Program-made: the position numbers and the translations under genes
NCBI GenBank assembly: GCA_027491315.1
Contig: JAIXWL010000016.1
Location: 73,454 to 137,453, forward strand
DNA from: Cytophagaceae bacterium
GTDB taxonomy: Bacteria; Bacteroidota; Bacteroidia; Cytophagales; Spirosomataceae
Direction: 5' to 3'
DNA length: 64,000 nt
Shown here: positions 38,043 through 46,943 of the stretch, one piece after another
Numbering within the stretch: the stretch's first letter is position 1
Layout of the letters: each line of letters begins with the position of its first letter
Notes under the pieces: model-generated
Told to the model about the DNA's origin: nothing
The model's input: the letters and a program-made list of their open reading frames with translations, nothing else
Database searches by the model: none

Positions 38043-41000
38043 TTAAGATATCAATTTCACCGTAATATTGTCTATTTCTGCCAATTCATCCATTAAGGAC
38101 TTTTCTATATTTAATTGCATTTTTCTAGACATAAAATCTAGTTGCAATCGTTCTTCTTCATCGTAAACCTCAATCACTAACTTTTTGTTTCCTTTATGTC
38201 TTTCCAAAGTCTCCAACAATTGTTCCAATGAAGTTTTGTTTAAACTATGTAAGTTCAAAGAAAGTTTCATTTCCTTGGTCCGCGAAGATAAAATTTCTGA
38301 CAGTAGCTCAATGGATTGAATTTTAAAGGCTTTTTGATCCGAATAAGAGTTTTTATTTTTATAGACTCCTTGAATAAATAACAATCGATCTAGGCCTATA
38401 AAGCGTTCAAATTCAATATAATCCTTGGCAAATAACGCGAACTCCGTAGTTCCTGAAAAATCTTCCAAGCTAAAAATCATAAACTGATTTCCATTCCCTG
38501 AAGTTCTCACATTCATTTTGGTAACTATTCCAGCCATTGATTGAACATTGCCTCCTTTAAGTTCCAATTGCGATACACTTGAATTACAAAAATTATTGAT
38601 TTCTATGCGGTATTCATCCAGCGGGTGACCAGAAATATAAACGCCCACAACTTCCTTTTCATTTTTCAATTGTTCCATAACCGACCATGGTTCAGCGGTG
38701 GGAAGCCTAGGTTTGGCGATATCATTTCCGGTTCCTGCTCCCAATTCACCAAATAGGGACTGGGTAGCACTAGCTTTCAATTCAGCCATTCGAGATGCAT
38801 ACCGAACAATCTTTTCTATGAATGTGGTATTTTCCTGATCTACGTGGAAATAATGAGAACGAGGAATTTCCGTAAAACAATCAAAGGCACCAGCCAAAGC
38901 TAAAGATTCTAAACTCTTTTTATTGACTTGGCGAACATTGATTCGCGAAACAAAATCAAAAATATCCGTGTATTCTCCATTTTTGGCTCTTTCCTCCACA
39001 ATGGCATCTACGGCTGCCTCACCAACACCCTTGATCGCTCCTAATCCAAAACGAATATGGCCTTTTTTGTTGACAGCAAATACCCTCTCTGATTCATTTA
39101 CATCAGGTACCAATAAAGGAATACCCATGCGTTTACATTCATCCATAAAGAAGGTAATCTTCTCAATATTTCCCAAAGAGTTAGAAAGTACCGCTGCCAT
39201 GAACTCAGAAGGGTAGTTGGCTTTCAAATACCCCGTTTGATAAGCCACTAATCCATAGCAAGTTGAGTGCGATTTATTAAAGGCGTATTGAGCAAATGCT
39301 TCCCAGTCGGTCCAAATTTTTTCCAATCGATCAGCTGGATGGCTATTCGTTTGACCACCCTCCATGAATTTACCTTTCATTTTGTCGATGGTAGCCTTAT
39401 CTTTTTTACCCATGGCCTTTCTCAATACATCGGCATCTCCTTTGGTAAAATTGGCTAGTTTCTGAGATAGAAGCATTACTTGCTCTTGATATACGGTAAT
39501 TCCGTAGGTATCACTTAAATACTCCTCCATTTCTGGCAAATCGTATTCAATTTTTTCTCTACCGTGTTTTCTAGCAATGTAATTAGGAATATAGACCATG
39601 GGACCAGGTCTAAACAAGGCATTCATGGCAATCAAATCCGAAAACTGATCGGGCTTTAAATCTTTCAGGTGCTTTTGCATCCCAGGAGATTCAAACTGGA
39701 AGGTTCCATTGGTTTCGGCCCTTTGATATAATTCAAAGGTCTTAATATCATCCAATGGAAGTGAATCTAAATCAATCGTAATGCCATGATTTTGCTTGAT
39801 TAATCGAATGGCTTCTTTTAAAATAGACAAGGTTTTTAAGCCCAAAAAATCCATTTTAATTACACCTGCGTTCTCAATCACCGATCCATCAAATTGAGTA
39901 ATCAATAAACTCACGTCTTTGGAGGTAGCAACGGGTAGAATATCCGTCAAATCATTGGGAGCAATGATGATACCCGCAGCATGAATACCTGTACCTCTAA
40001 CCGACCCCTCCAAGACCAAAGCATTTTCTATAACTCTTGAGGCCAATCCTCCATCAGCCTTTATTTGCCTCAATTGCTTCACCTGTTCCAATTCCTCACT
40101 CGACAAATTTTCTTTGTCGGCCAAACTGCCATCTCCAGTCAATGGTGCATTGATGACACGTTCAAGGGATATTTTAGGCTTATCCGGTACTAGTTTGGCC
40201 AAGGCATTGGATTCTGATAAAGGTAAATCCAGAACCCGAGCCACGTCTTTGATGGACATTTTGGCAGCCATGGTTCCATAGGTAGCTATATGTGCTACTT
40301 GATTACGACCATATTTTTCAACCACATAATCAATCACCTTTTGTCGACCTTCATCATCGAAGTCCGTATCAATATCGGGTAATGATTTACGATCTGGATT
40401 CAAGAAACGCTCAAAAAGCAGATTATACTTTATGGGGTCAATATTGGTAATTCCCAAACAATAGGCCACTACGGAACCTGCAGCAGAGCCACGACCAGGA
40501 CCTACATAAACACCTAAATCTTTCCCGGCATTGATGAAATCGGCTACAATCAAGAAATAACCAGCAAAACCCATGGTTCTGATGGTATGCAATTCAAAAC
40601 GAAGTCTTTCCTCAATTTCCTGATTAATGTCCACATAGCGCTTTTTAGCGCCTTCCATGGTCAAATGTTCCAAGAAATCATCCTGACTTAAAAAAGTGCT
40701 CGGAATTTGGAAGTTGGGTAATAATACATCCTTTTTCAATTCCAAGGTTTCCACCTTACCAACAATCTCATTGGTATTATCAATGGCCTCAGGAATATGC
40801 GACCATAATTGGGTCATTTCTTCCGTAGTCTTGAAATAAAATTGATCATTATAAAAAGCAAAACGCTTTCCCTTCATGTCAAAATCACCTTCTATATCCT
40901 TGTAAGTAGGTGTAGACTGCTTTTCGCCTGTATTAATACACAATAGAATATCGTGGGCATTGGCATCCTTTTGATCCAAATAATGGCTATCATTCGAGGC

Positions 41001-41606
41001 TATAACTTTAACATTATATTTTTTGGCAAAACGTAATAATACCTCATTTACCGTTTGCTGTTCTGGAATATGATGGTTCTGAACCTCAATGTAATAATCC
41101 TCTCCAAATAAATCCAACCACCATTTAAATTCCTTTTCAGCCTCTTCTTCACCGGAGCGTAAGATAGCCTGAGGAACACTAGCTCCTAGACAACAAGTCG
41201 TGGCAATCAAACCTTTATGGTATTTCAACACTAACTCTTTGTCTATCCTAGGGTATTTGGAATACATTCCTTCCATGAATCCCAAGGAACATAACTTAAC
41301 CAAATTTTGGTATCCCTCTGGATTTTTGGCTAGAAAGAGTTGATGGTACCTTTTATCTTTTTGTTCCTTCGTAAAACTTTGTTTATGCCGATCCGTCACT
41401 AAATAAAACTCACAACCTACAATGGGTTTCACTCCGTGCTTTCCTGCTTCAGCTACAAATTGGAATACCCCAAACATATTACCATGGTCAGTAATAGCCA
41501 CCGCTGGCATATTGTCAGCCTTAGCTTTTTTAAACATGGAAGATATCTTGGACGCACCATCCAAAAGAGAAAACTGAGAGTGATTGTGCAAATGCGAAAA
41601 CTGCAT
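38043..41606 (-). CDS. dnaE: DNA polymerase III subunit alpha
   Basis: 1187 aa with the PHP N-terminus FSHLHNHSQFSLLDGA, the polymerase core GPGRGSAAGSVVAY and DIDTDF, and a C-terminal OB fold. Confidence 0.97.
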   Translation of the reverse strand: MQFSHLHNHSQFSLLDGASKISSMFKKAKADNMPAVAITDHGNMFGVFQFVAEAGKHGVKPIVGCEFYLVTDRHKQSFTKEQKDKRYHQLFLAKNPEGYQNLVKLCSLGFMEGMYSKYPRIDKELVLKYHKGLIATTCCLGASVPQAILRSGEEEAEKEFKWWLDLFGEDYYIEVQNHHIPEQQTVNEVLLRFAKKYNVKVIASNDSHYLDQKDANAHDILLCINTGEKQSTPTYKDIEGDFDMKGKRFAFYNDQFYFKTTEEMTQLWSHIPEAIDNTNEIVGKVETLELKKDVLLPNFQIPSTFLSQDDFLEHLTMEGAKKRYVDINQEIEERLRFELHTIRTMGFAGYFLIVADFINAGKDLGVYVGPGRGSAAGSVVAYCLGITNIDPIKYNLLFERFLNPDRKSLPDIDTDFDDEGRQKVIDYVVEKYGRNQVAHIATYGTMAAKMSIKDVARVLDLPLSESNALAKLVPDKPKISLERVINAPLTGDGSLADKENLSSEELEQVKQLRQIKADGGLASRVIENALVLEGSVRGTGIHAAGIIIAPNDLTDILPVATSKDVSLLITQFDGSVIENAGVIKMDFLGLKTLSILKEAIRLIKQNHGITIDLDSLPLDDIKTFELYQRAETNGTFQFESPGMQKHLKDLKPDQFSDLIAMNALFRPGPMVYIPNYIARKHGREKIEYDLPEMEEYLSDTYGITVYQEQVMLLSQKLANFTKGDADVLRKAMGKKDKATIDKMKGKFMEGGQTNSHPADRLEKIWTDWEAFAQYAFNKSHSTCYGLVAYQTGYLKANYPSEFMAAVLSNSLGNIEKITFFMDECKRMGIPLLVPDVNESERVFAVNKKGHIRFGLGAIKGVGEAAVDAIVEERAKNGEYTDIFDFVSRINVRQVNKKSLESLALAGAFDCFTEIPRSHYFHVDQENTTFIEKIVRYASRMAELKASATQSLFGELGAGTGNDIAKPRLPTAEPWSVMEQLKNEKEVVGVYISGHPLDEYRIEINNFCNSSVSQLELKGGNVQSMAGIVTKMNVRTSGNGNQFMIFSLEDFSGTTEFALFAKDYIEFERFIGLDRLLFIQGVYKNKNSYSDQKAFKIQSIELLSEILSSRTKEMKLSLNLHSLNKTSLEQLLETLERHKGNKKLVIEVYDEEERLQLDFMSRKMQLNIEKSLMDELAEIDNITVKLIS

Positions 41607-41609
41607 AAA

Positions 41610-42299
41610 TTAGTTAATAGAAAAGGGTTCTTTATCAAAAAAAATGGCATTCAAGAAATCTAAATAAGGTTTTAGGACCTGTGCATCCTTGATAAGCATA
41701 TCGGCAAATAGGGGATTTGTGAGCTCTGAATCACTGTATTTTCGCCAAAAAAATAATTGTTTCTTTTTTAACAATTCAATTTCGGGATGATCTACCTCAT
41801 AACCTTTAGGCATTTTTTTTAAGGAGTCACCAACCGGTTCACCAAATACCTGTAAAAAAGCAGGTGACTGAATGATTCCTTTTAAATGCTTAGCATTATA
41901 ATCGATCTCTTGTCGAAATAAAGCCAATTGTTCCGGAGTAGGATCATACATTCCTCCACCCAAAAACGATTTTCCTCCAGGCTCAATGTGGACATAATAG
42001 TCCATTAAACCAGACTTACGACCACCCTCCGAGAAACTGGCTGAAAACCAGGTTTTATAAGGAGCTTTATCTTTGGAAAAACGAACATCCCGATAAATAC
42101 GGTAGGAGCAATGCTTTAATTCCACACCATCCATGTTTTCAAACTCTGCAAACATGGAAATCAATTGAATGGTAAATTGATCAAATGCCGACTTCTGCTC
42201 CAGGAATCTTTCCTTATTTTCTGCAAACCATTCTCTCGTATTGTTATCTTTTAAATCAGATAAAAAGCTTAATAGAAAGGAAGGAATGGACATGGGCAT
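41610..42299 (-). CDS. DUF2461 (TIGR02453) family protein
   Basis: FLSDLKDNNTREWFAENKERF and YRIYRDVRFSKDK are typical of the family. The track start is TTG at 42308, but ATG at 42299 or 42293 is more likely. Confidence 0.7.
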   Translation of the reverse strand: MPMSIPSFLLSFLSDLKDNNTREWFAENKERFLEQKSAFDQFTIQLISMFAEFENMDGVELKHCSYRIYRDVRFSKDKAPYKTWFSASFSEGGRKSGLMDYYVHIEPGGKSFLGGGMYDPTPEQLALFRQEIDYNAKHLKGIIQSPAFLQVFGEPVGDSLKKMPKGYEVDHPEIELLKKKQLFFWRKYSDSELTNPLFADMLIKDAQVLKPYLDFLNAIFFDKEPFSIN

Positions 42300-42409
42300 T
42301 TGAAACAAAATTTATAAACGAATTTAAATAAATAAGTCAATACTTACCCTTAAACTTTGGGAGTTTCGCGCTATTTTCTTGATTTTTGTAAAACAATAAA
42401 TTTTAAAGC

Positions 42410-43381
42410 ATGCGCATTCTGACGGGCATTCAATCTTCTGGTCGACCACACTTAGGAAATATCCTTGGAGCCATTCTTCCAGCTGTTGAACTTTCTAAGA
42501 GATCTGGCAATGAATCATTTCTTTTTATAGCGGATTTACACACATTAACAAGTTTAAAAGACGGGACTACCATCCGTGCCAATACCTTATCCATTGCAGC
42601 CGCTTGGCTAGCTTGTGGTCTAGATACCCAACATACCTATTTTTATCGCCAGTCGAAACTAGCGCCATTTCATACCGAATTATTATGGTATTTAAGTTGC
42701 GTGACGCCTTTCCCGATGTTGGCCAATGCCCATAGTTTCAAAGACAAATCCAATAAATTGGCCGATGTCAATGCAGGACTATTTACCTATCCCGTTTTAC
42801 AAGCCGCTGATATCTTGTTGTATGATGCAGAATTAATTCCGGTTGGAAAAGATCAGCGTCAACATATTGAAATGACACGGGATATGGCAGGGGTGATCAA
42901 TCGATTGACACAAAAAGATATTTTTGTCATCCCTGAAGCCGAAATATCGGAGCATGTCATGACCATCCCGGGCATTGATGGGCAAAAAATGAGCAAATCG
43001 CTTAATAATTACATTGATGTCTTTTTGCCAGAGAAGGATTTATTAAAACAAATCAAAAAGATTGTTACGGATACCACTCCATTGGAAGATCCGAAAAATC
43101 CAGATGAGGACATCACCTTTAAATTGTATCAATTAATCGCCACGCCAGAGCAAGTGGCTGAGATGAAAGCGAATTATTTGCGTGGTGGTTATGGATACGG
43201 ACATGCCAAACAAGCCTTATTTGAGGCCATGCTGGTATATTTCAAAGAGGCTAGAGAAAAGTTCGACTACTACATGGCCAATCCAATGGAGATTGAGGCC
43301 AAATTAGAAGAAGGGGAGGCTAGAGTAAAACCCATCGCCGAAGCAACGATCCAACGAGTACGTGAAATCTTTCAGTTTTAG
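42410..43381 (+). CDS. trpS: Tryptophan--tRNA ligase
   Basis: 323 aa with the class I signature TGIQSSGRPHLGNILG, the KMSKS motif and VPVGKDQRQHIE. Confidence 0.96.
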   Translation: MRILTGIQSSGRPHLGNILGAILPAVELSKRSGNESFLFIADLHTLTSLKDGTTIRANTLSIAAAWLACGLDTQHTYFYRQSKLAPFHTELLWYLSCVTPFPMLANAHSFKDKSNKLADVNAGLFTYPVLQAADILLYDAELIPVGKDQRQHIEMTRDMAGVINRLTQKDIFVIPEAEISEHVMTIPGIDGQKMSKSLNNYIDVFLPEKDLLKQIKKIVTDTTPLEDPKNPDEDITFKLYQLIATPEQVAEMKANYLRGGYGYGHAKQALFEAMLVYFKEAREKFDYYMANPMEIEAKLEEGEARVKPIAEATIQRVREIFQF

Positions 43382-43383
43382 TC

Positions 43384-43932
43384 ATGTGGCCACAATGGGA
43401 TAGTATTGTATTTCAATGGATCAACCAAGCACATGCGCCTGGTTTAGATGAAATTATGGTACTATTCTCCAATCGTTGGATTTGGATTCCCTTGTACTTG
43501 TATTTGATTTATACGCTATATCAACAAAAGAAAGGTATTTTTTTACTTTCACTTACTTATTTGATACTGTGTATCGTTTGGGCAGACCAAGTTTCTTCCA
43601 GTATATTAAAACCTTATTTTCAAAGATTAAGACCCTGCCATGAAGAGGTATTTAGGTCTTGGATACACCTACCGGATGGCTGTGGAGGTCTTTATGGATT
43701 TTGCTCGTCGCATGCAGCCAATTCTTTTGCTTTAGCCATTGGATTTTACTTATTGACACAGAACAAAAAAGCCAGAAACCTACTTTTGGTATGGGCTATA
43801 CTCGTATCTTATAGTAGAATTTACCTTGGAGCACATTATCCTTTGGATGTATTAACAGGAGCACTAGTGGGTACCTTAGGAGCTTATTTCCTGAAATACG
43901 TCATTTATGACAAACTAATAAGGAAGGCATAA
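43384..43932 (+). CDS. PAP2-family lipid phosphatase
   Basis: 182 aa membrane protein carrying the three PAP2 motifs KPYFQRLRP, CSSHAAN and SRIYLGAHYPLD. Confidence 0.85.
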   Translation: MWPQWDSIVFQWINQAHAPGLDEIMVLFSNRWIWIPLYLYLIYTLYQQKKGIFLLSLTYLILCIVWADQVSSSILKPYFQRLRPCHEEVFRSWIHLPDGCGGLYGFCSSHAANSFALAIGFYLLTQNKKARNLLLVWAILVSYSRIYLGAHYPLDVLTGALVGTLGAYFLKYVIYDKLIRKA

Positions 43933-44939
43933 GTATCAATTCCATCCGCAAAATCACTTAAACCAGGTTGCTGACTTTTTCCAAAAGCTATGGGATGGGT
44001 GTAAGAAGATTCAGATCCTACGATACATTGGATTTTCTCTTCTGAGGCTTGAATCCAAGTTTGTAATTCCTCTTTGGAATGATATCTTTTCAGGTATACA
44101 ACACCAACGGGAGAGACTAAATCCTCACTTTCTTGAATTAATAAGTTTCCTAAATCAAAATGAGGAATCTGATTTAATAGGAATAAGGTTTTATGGTATT
44201 GGTAATTATTGGAATATTTGGTGTGATCCAAAACCCAGTGATACTGAGTTAATACGTCAAAGAGCGGAGTTGGGTCAAAAAGCGCAGGTAAAGCAATGGT
44301 AGATACATTTCTACAACCTAGGCCGTAATAAGAAAATACATCCTTGGCTAATTCATGAAAATCCTCTTGGCTTTCTGTTCCGTCTATGATAGCGATGGAG
44401 GTCCTATTTTTTCGAATTATATGCGGAACTGTGGCAAAATAATGCGCAAAATAAGAACCTGAAAAGTCGCTTCCCGTGGCAATCACAGCATCCATACCTT
44501 GCAATCGCTCTATTAATTGTATGGGTACTTCGACACTAAATTCTTGGATGGTTTGTATATAAAGCAGCATGATGGATTTATCCTGAGAACTTAATTTGAC
44601 ACAAGCCTCGTTTCCACTAGCTAAAGTCATCAAAACATCATGTATTCCTACGGCAGGAAGATTTCCAGCTAAAATCAAACCAACTTTTTTCGGATTAGAA
44701 ACTTGAAGAGGATGTTCTTCAAAAAATAATTCCCAAGTTTTCACATCAAAAAATTGCTTCTGAACCGCTTCCATAGCTTCTCGGATGAGGTGCTCAGAAA
44801 ACCAAGGATTCTCATTTTTTGCTCTATCTATAAATAGTTCTATTTTTTCCTTGTTAGATGACTTTGTGAAATAGTCAGCCAAAAAGGCAATGAGCTGTAA
44901 AAATGACGCTTTTCTCATAAATGAAAGGGTTCTTAGCAT
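43905..44939 (-). CDS. LuxC-like acyl-CoA reductase family protein
   Basis: It resembles the flavobacterial acyl-CoA reductase (LuxC, PF05893) proteins that I recall lying next to a ferredoxin gene (ENPWFSEHLIREAM, LILAGNLPAVGIHDVLMTL). The track start TTG 45044 is probably over-extended, with ATG at 44939 or 44918 more likely. The 3' end overlaps the PAP2 gene by 28 nt. Confidence 0.6.
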   Translation of the reverse strand: MLRTLSFMRKASFLQLIAFLADYFTKSSNKEKIELFIDRAKNENPWFSEHLIREAMEAVQKQFFDVKTWELFFEEHPLQVSNPKKVGLILAGNLPAVGIHDVLMTLASGNEACVKLSSQDKSIMLLYIQTIQEFSVEVPIQLIERLQGMDAVIATGSDFSGSYFAHYFATVPHIIRKNRTSIAIIDGTESQEDFHELAKDVFSYYGLGCRNVSTIALPALFDPTPLFDVLTQYHWVLDHTKYSNNYQYHKTLFLLNQIPHFDLGNLLIQESEDLVSPVGVVYLKRYHSKEELQTWIQASEEKIQCIVGSESSYTHPIAFGKSQQPGLSDFADGIDTYAFLISLS

Positions 44940-45066
44940 GCAAATGGAATGCAAAGTTCTAAAAATTTTGCAATAGTCTTTTAAAAATATATAGTATTCA
45001 AAATTTTGGATGTAAATTGCACAAATTTCTTTCAAAAAGGACAATTAAGGTCTTAAACAAAAGATT

Positions 45067-45414
45067 ATGGCTATTATTATTACTGATGAGTGTATAAACT
45101 GTGGGGCTTGCGAACCAGAATGTCCCAATACAGCAATTTATGAAGGTGGTGTAGAATGGACATGGGCTGGAGGTACCGCCTTAACAGAAGTAGAATTAGG
45201 AGATGGCTCTACGATGGATGCCAAGGCTCCAATAGAACCCGTTTCGGAAGAATTTTATTATATCGTTCCAGACAAATGTACAGAATGTACTGGTTTTCAT
45301 GAGGAGCCACAGTGTGCGGCTGTTTGCCCAGTTGATTGCTGCGTTCCAGATCCAGATCACGTGGAAGATAAAGAAACCTTATTGGCTAAAAAAGCCTGGT
45401 TACATGCGGAATAA
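45067..45414 (+). CDS. 4Fe-4S dicluster ferredoxin
   Basis: 115 aa with [12 protein letters not shown] and [22 protein letters not shown]. Confidence 0.9.
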   Translation: MAIIITDECINCGACEPECPNTAIYEGGVEWTWAGGTALTEVELGDGSTMDAKAPIEPVSEEFYYIVPDKCTECTGFHEEPQCAAVCPVDCCVPDPDHVEDKETLLAKKAWLHAE

Positions 45415-45439
45415 TTAACACCAATATGCATAAATGAAA

Positions 45440-45468
45440 AGACCTGCCTAGTGCGGGTCTTTTTTTTT
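45440..45468 (+). terminator. Rho-independent terminator after the ferredoxin gene
   Basis: AGACCTGC pairs with GCGGGTCT (one G-U pair) around a 5-nt loop, followed by a T9 run. Confidence 0.8.
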
Positions 45469-45614
45469 GCCCTCAGTTTAATCCAAACGGCGATTTCAAG
45501 TATCCCCATTAGCAATTTATATTATTCTAAGATTACAGAATCAAATTTTTCAATTTTCATAAAAACAGGTTTCTGTTTTAATCTCATTTTTACCATTTTT
45601 TGTAATTATTCAAA

Positions 45615-45632
45615 TTTTAGGTTTAATTTTTA
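45615..45632 (+). repeat. Direct repeat copy 1 (TTTTAGGTTTAATTTTTA)
   Basis: A perfect 18-mer occurs again 52 bp downstream, inside the 354-bp AT-rich spacer upstream of porin-amtB. Confidence 0.85.
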
Positions 45633-45666
45633 ACCTCAAATTGTAATATTTTTAACTTTTTATCAT

Positions 45667-45684
45667 TTTTAGGTTTAATTTTTA
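45667..45684 (+). repeat. Direct repeat copy 2 (TTTTAGGTTTAATTTTTA)
   Basis: This is the perfect second copy. It ends 85 nt upstream of the porin ATG (45769). Confidence 0.85.
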
Positions 45685-45768
45685 TCAATAATTCTTGTTT
45701 TGTATTTTTTTTCAAACAATATTTGTCCCGTAGTCAAGCATTTATTTTCCCATTAAAATTTAAAGAAT

Positions 45769-46923
45769 ATGAAAAAATCAATCTTTACCCTCTTATTGTC
45801 AGGAATTAGCTTTTTGGGATTTTCCCAAGAAAAAGAAGCTGAGAGTTCAAAATTTACATTTTCGGGTTACATCGATTCGTACTATATGTTAAATTTTAAC
45901 AATCCGACTAATCGCAGCAATTTAGGTACCTCAGGATACGAAAGAGCATTTGATCAAAAATCAAGTCAATTCTCCTTAGGTTTAGTACAAACCAAATTTG
46001 GCTACTCGACTAAAACATCTGATGTAGTGGTTGATTTAACTTTCGGCCCCAATGCCGATCTTGGTCAATACGGAAACGTAGTTGGACCATTAGGAGCAGG
46101 AAAGGCTTCTACAGCATTGGCTATCAAACAAGCATATTTTAACTGGAAACCTAGCGACAAATGGACCTTTACTGTGGGACAATTCGGAACACACATTGGA
46201 TATGAGGTCATTGACGCTCCAGTGAATTACAATTATTCCTTATCTAACTTATTCAACAATGGTCCATTCTACCACATAGGAGCAAAAGCCAACTACGCCT
46301 TCTCTTCTAAATCAGCCTTGATGTTAGGTATAGTGAATAACGTAGACAATTTAAATGACAACAACTCTTCGAAAGGATTAATAGGCCAATTCTTTTTCGC
46401 TCCAAAAGAAGGTTGGAATGTATACATCAACGGTATCACTTCTAACGAATCAGCTCCTTTAGCTAGTGGAAAAGACGATTCAGGCAGTTACAATCTATTA
46501 GACTTAACCACATCCTACCAAATTAGTCCTAAATATTTAATTGGCTTAAATGCTGCTTACGGTTCTCAAACAGGAGATTTCCAAGGTGGTGGTAGCGTGG
46601 GTGACAGCAAAACATGGGGTGGTGTTGCACTTTATTCAAACTATGCATTCACAGACCACTTCAGCTTAGGCGGTCGTTACGAAGTATTTGATAATACGAG
46701 TGGAGCTAGAGCTTTACGTGGAATCAATGCCGCTGGCGAGACCGTAGGTACAGATGTAAGTTCATTTACATTAACAGCTACTTTCACTACTGCTGAGGGA
46801 CACCTTTTAATCAAGCCTGAATTAAGAACCGACGCCTACAAAACAGCTCAATTCATCGATGGTGATGGAATGGCACAAAAATCACAAGCCACATTTGGAA
46901 CAGTCTTTATATACAAATTTTAA
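45769..46923 (+). CDS. Outer-membrane beta-barrel porin encoded upstream of amtB
   Basis: 384 aa with the signal peptide MKKSIFTLLLSGISFLGFSQ, alternating-strand composition and a C-terminal FIYKF. It ends 20 nt before amtB. Confidence 0.7.
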   Translation: MKKSIFTLLLSGISFLGFSQEKEAESSKFTFSGYIDSYYMLNFNNPTNRSNLGTSGYERAFDQKSSQFSLGLVQTKFGYSTKTSDVVVDLTFGPNADLGQYGNVVGPLGAGKASTALAIKQAYFNWKPSDKWTFTVGQFGTHIGYEVIDAPVNYNYSLSNLFNNGPFYHIGAKANYAFSSKSALMLGIVNNVDNLNDNNSSKGLIGQFFFAPKEGWNVYINGITSNESAPLASGKDDSGSYNLLDLTTSYQISPKYLIGLNAAYGSQTGDFQGGGSVGDSKTWGGVALYSNYAFTDHFSLGGRYEVFDNTSGARALRGINAAGETVGTDVSSFTLTATFTTAEGHLLIKPELRTDAYKTAQFIDGDGMAQKSQATFGTVFIYKF

Positions 46924-46943
46924 TTTAACTAAAACTTACGGAC

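Noticed and set aside
45451-45633. 60-aa ORF in the spacer upstream of the porin gene
   Set aside because: It starts with GTG inside the ferredoxin terminator hairpin and runs through AT-rich repeat DNA. The translation is low-complexity Phe/Ile/Asn/Ser-rich. It is better explained as non-coding regulatory DNA.
45469-45768. Glutamine riboswitch (glnA RNA) or another structured RNA upstream of porin-amtB
   Set aside because: The region is almost devoid of G/C and cannot form the GC-rich pseudoknotted glnA RNA core. The direct repeats are better explained as DNA-level sites.
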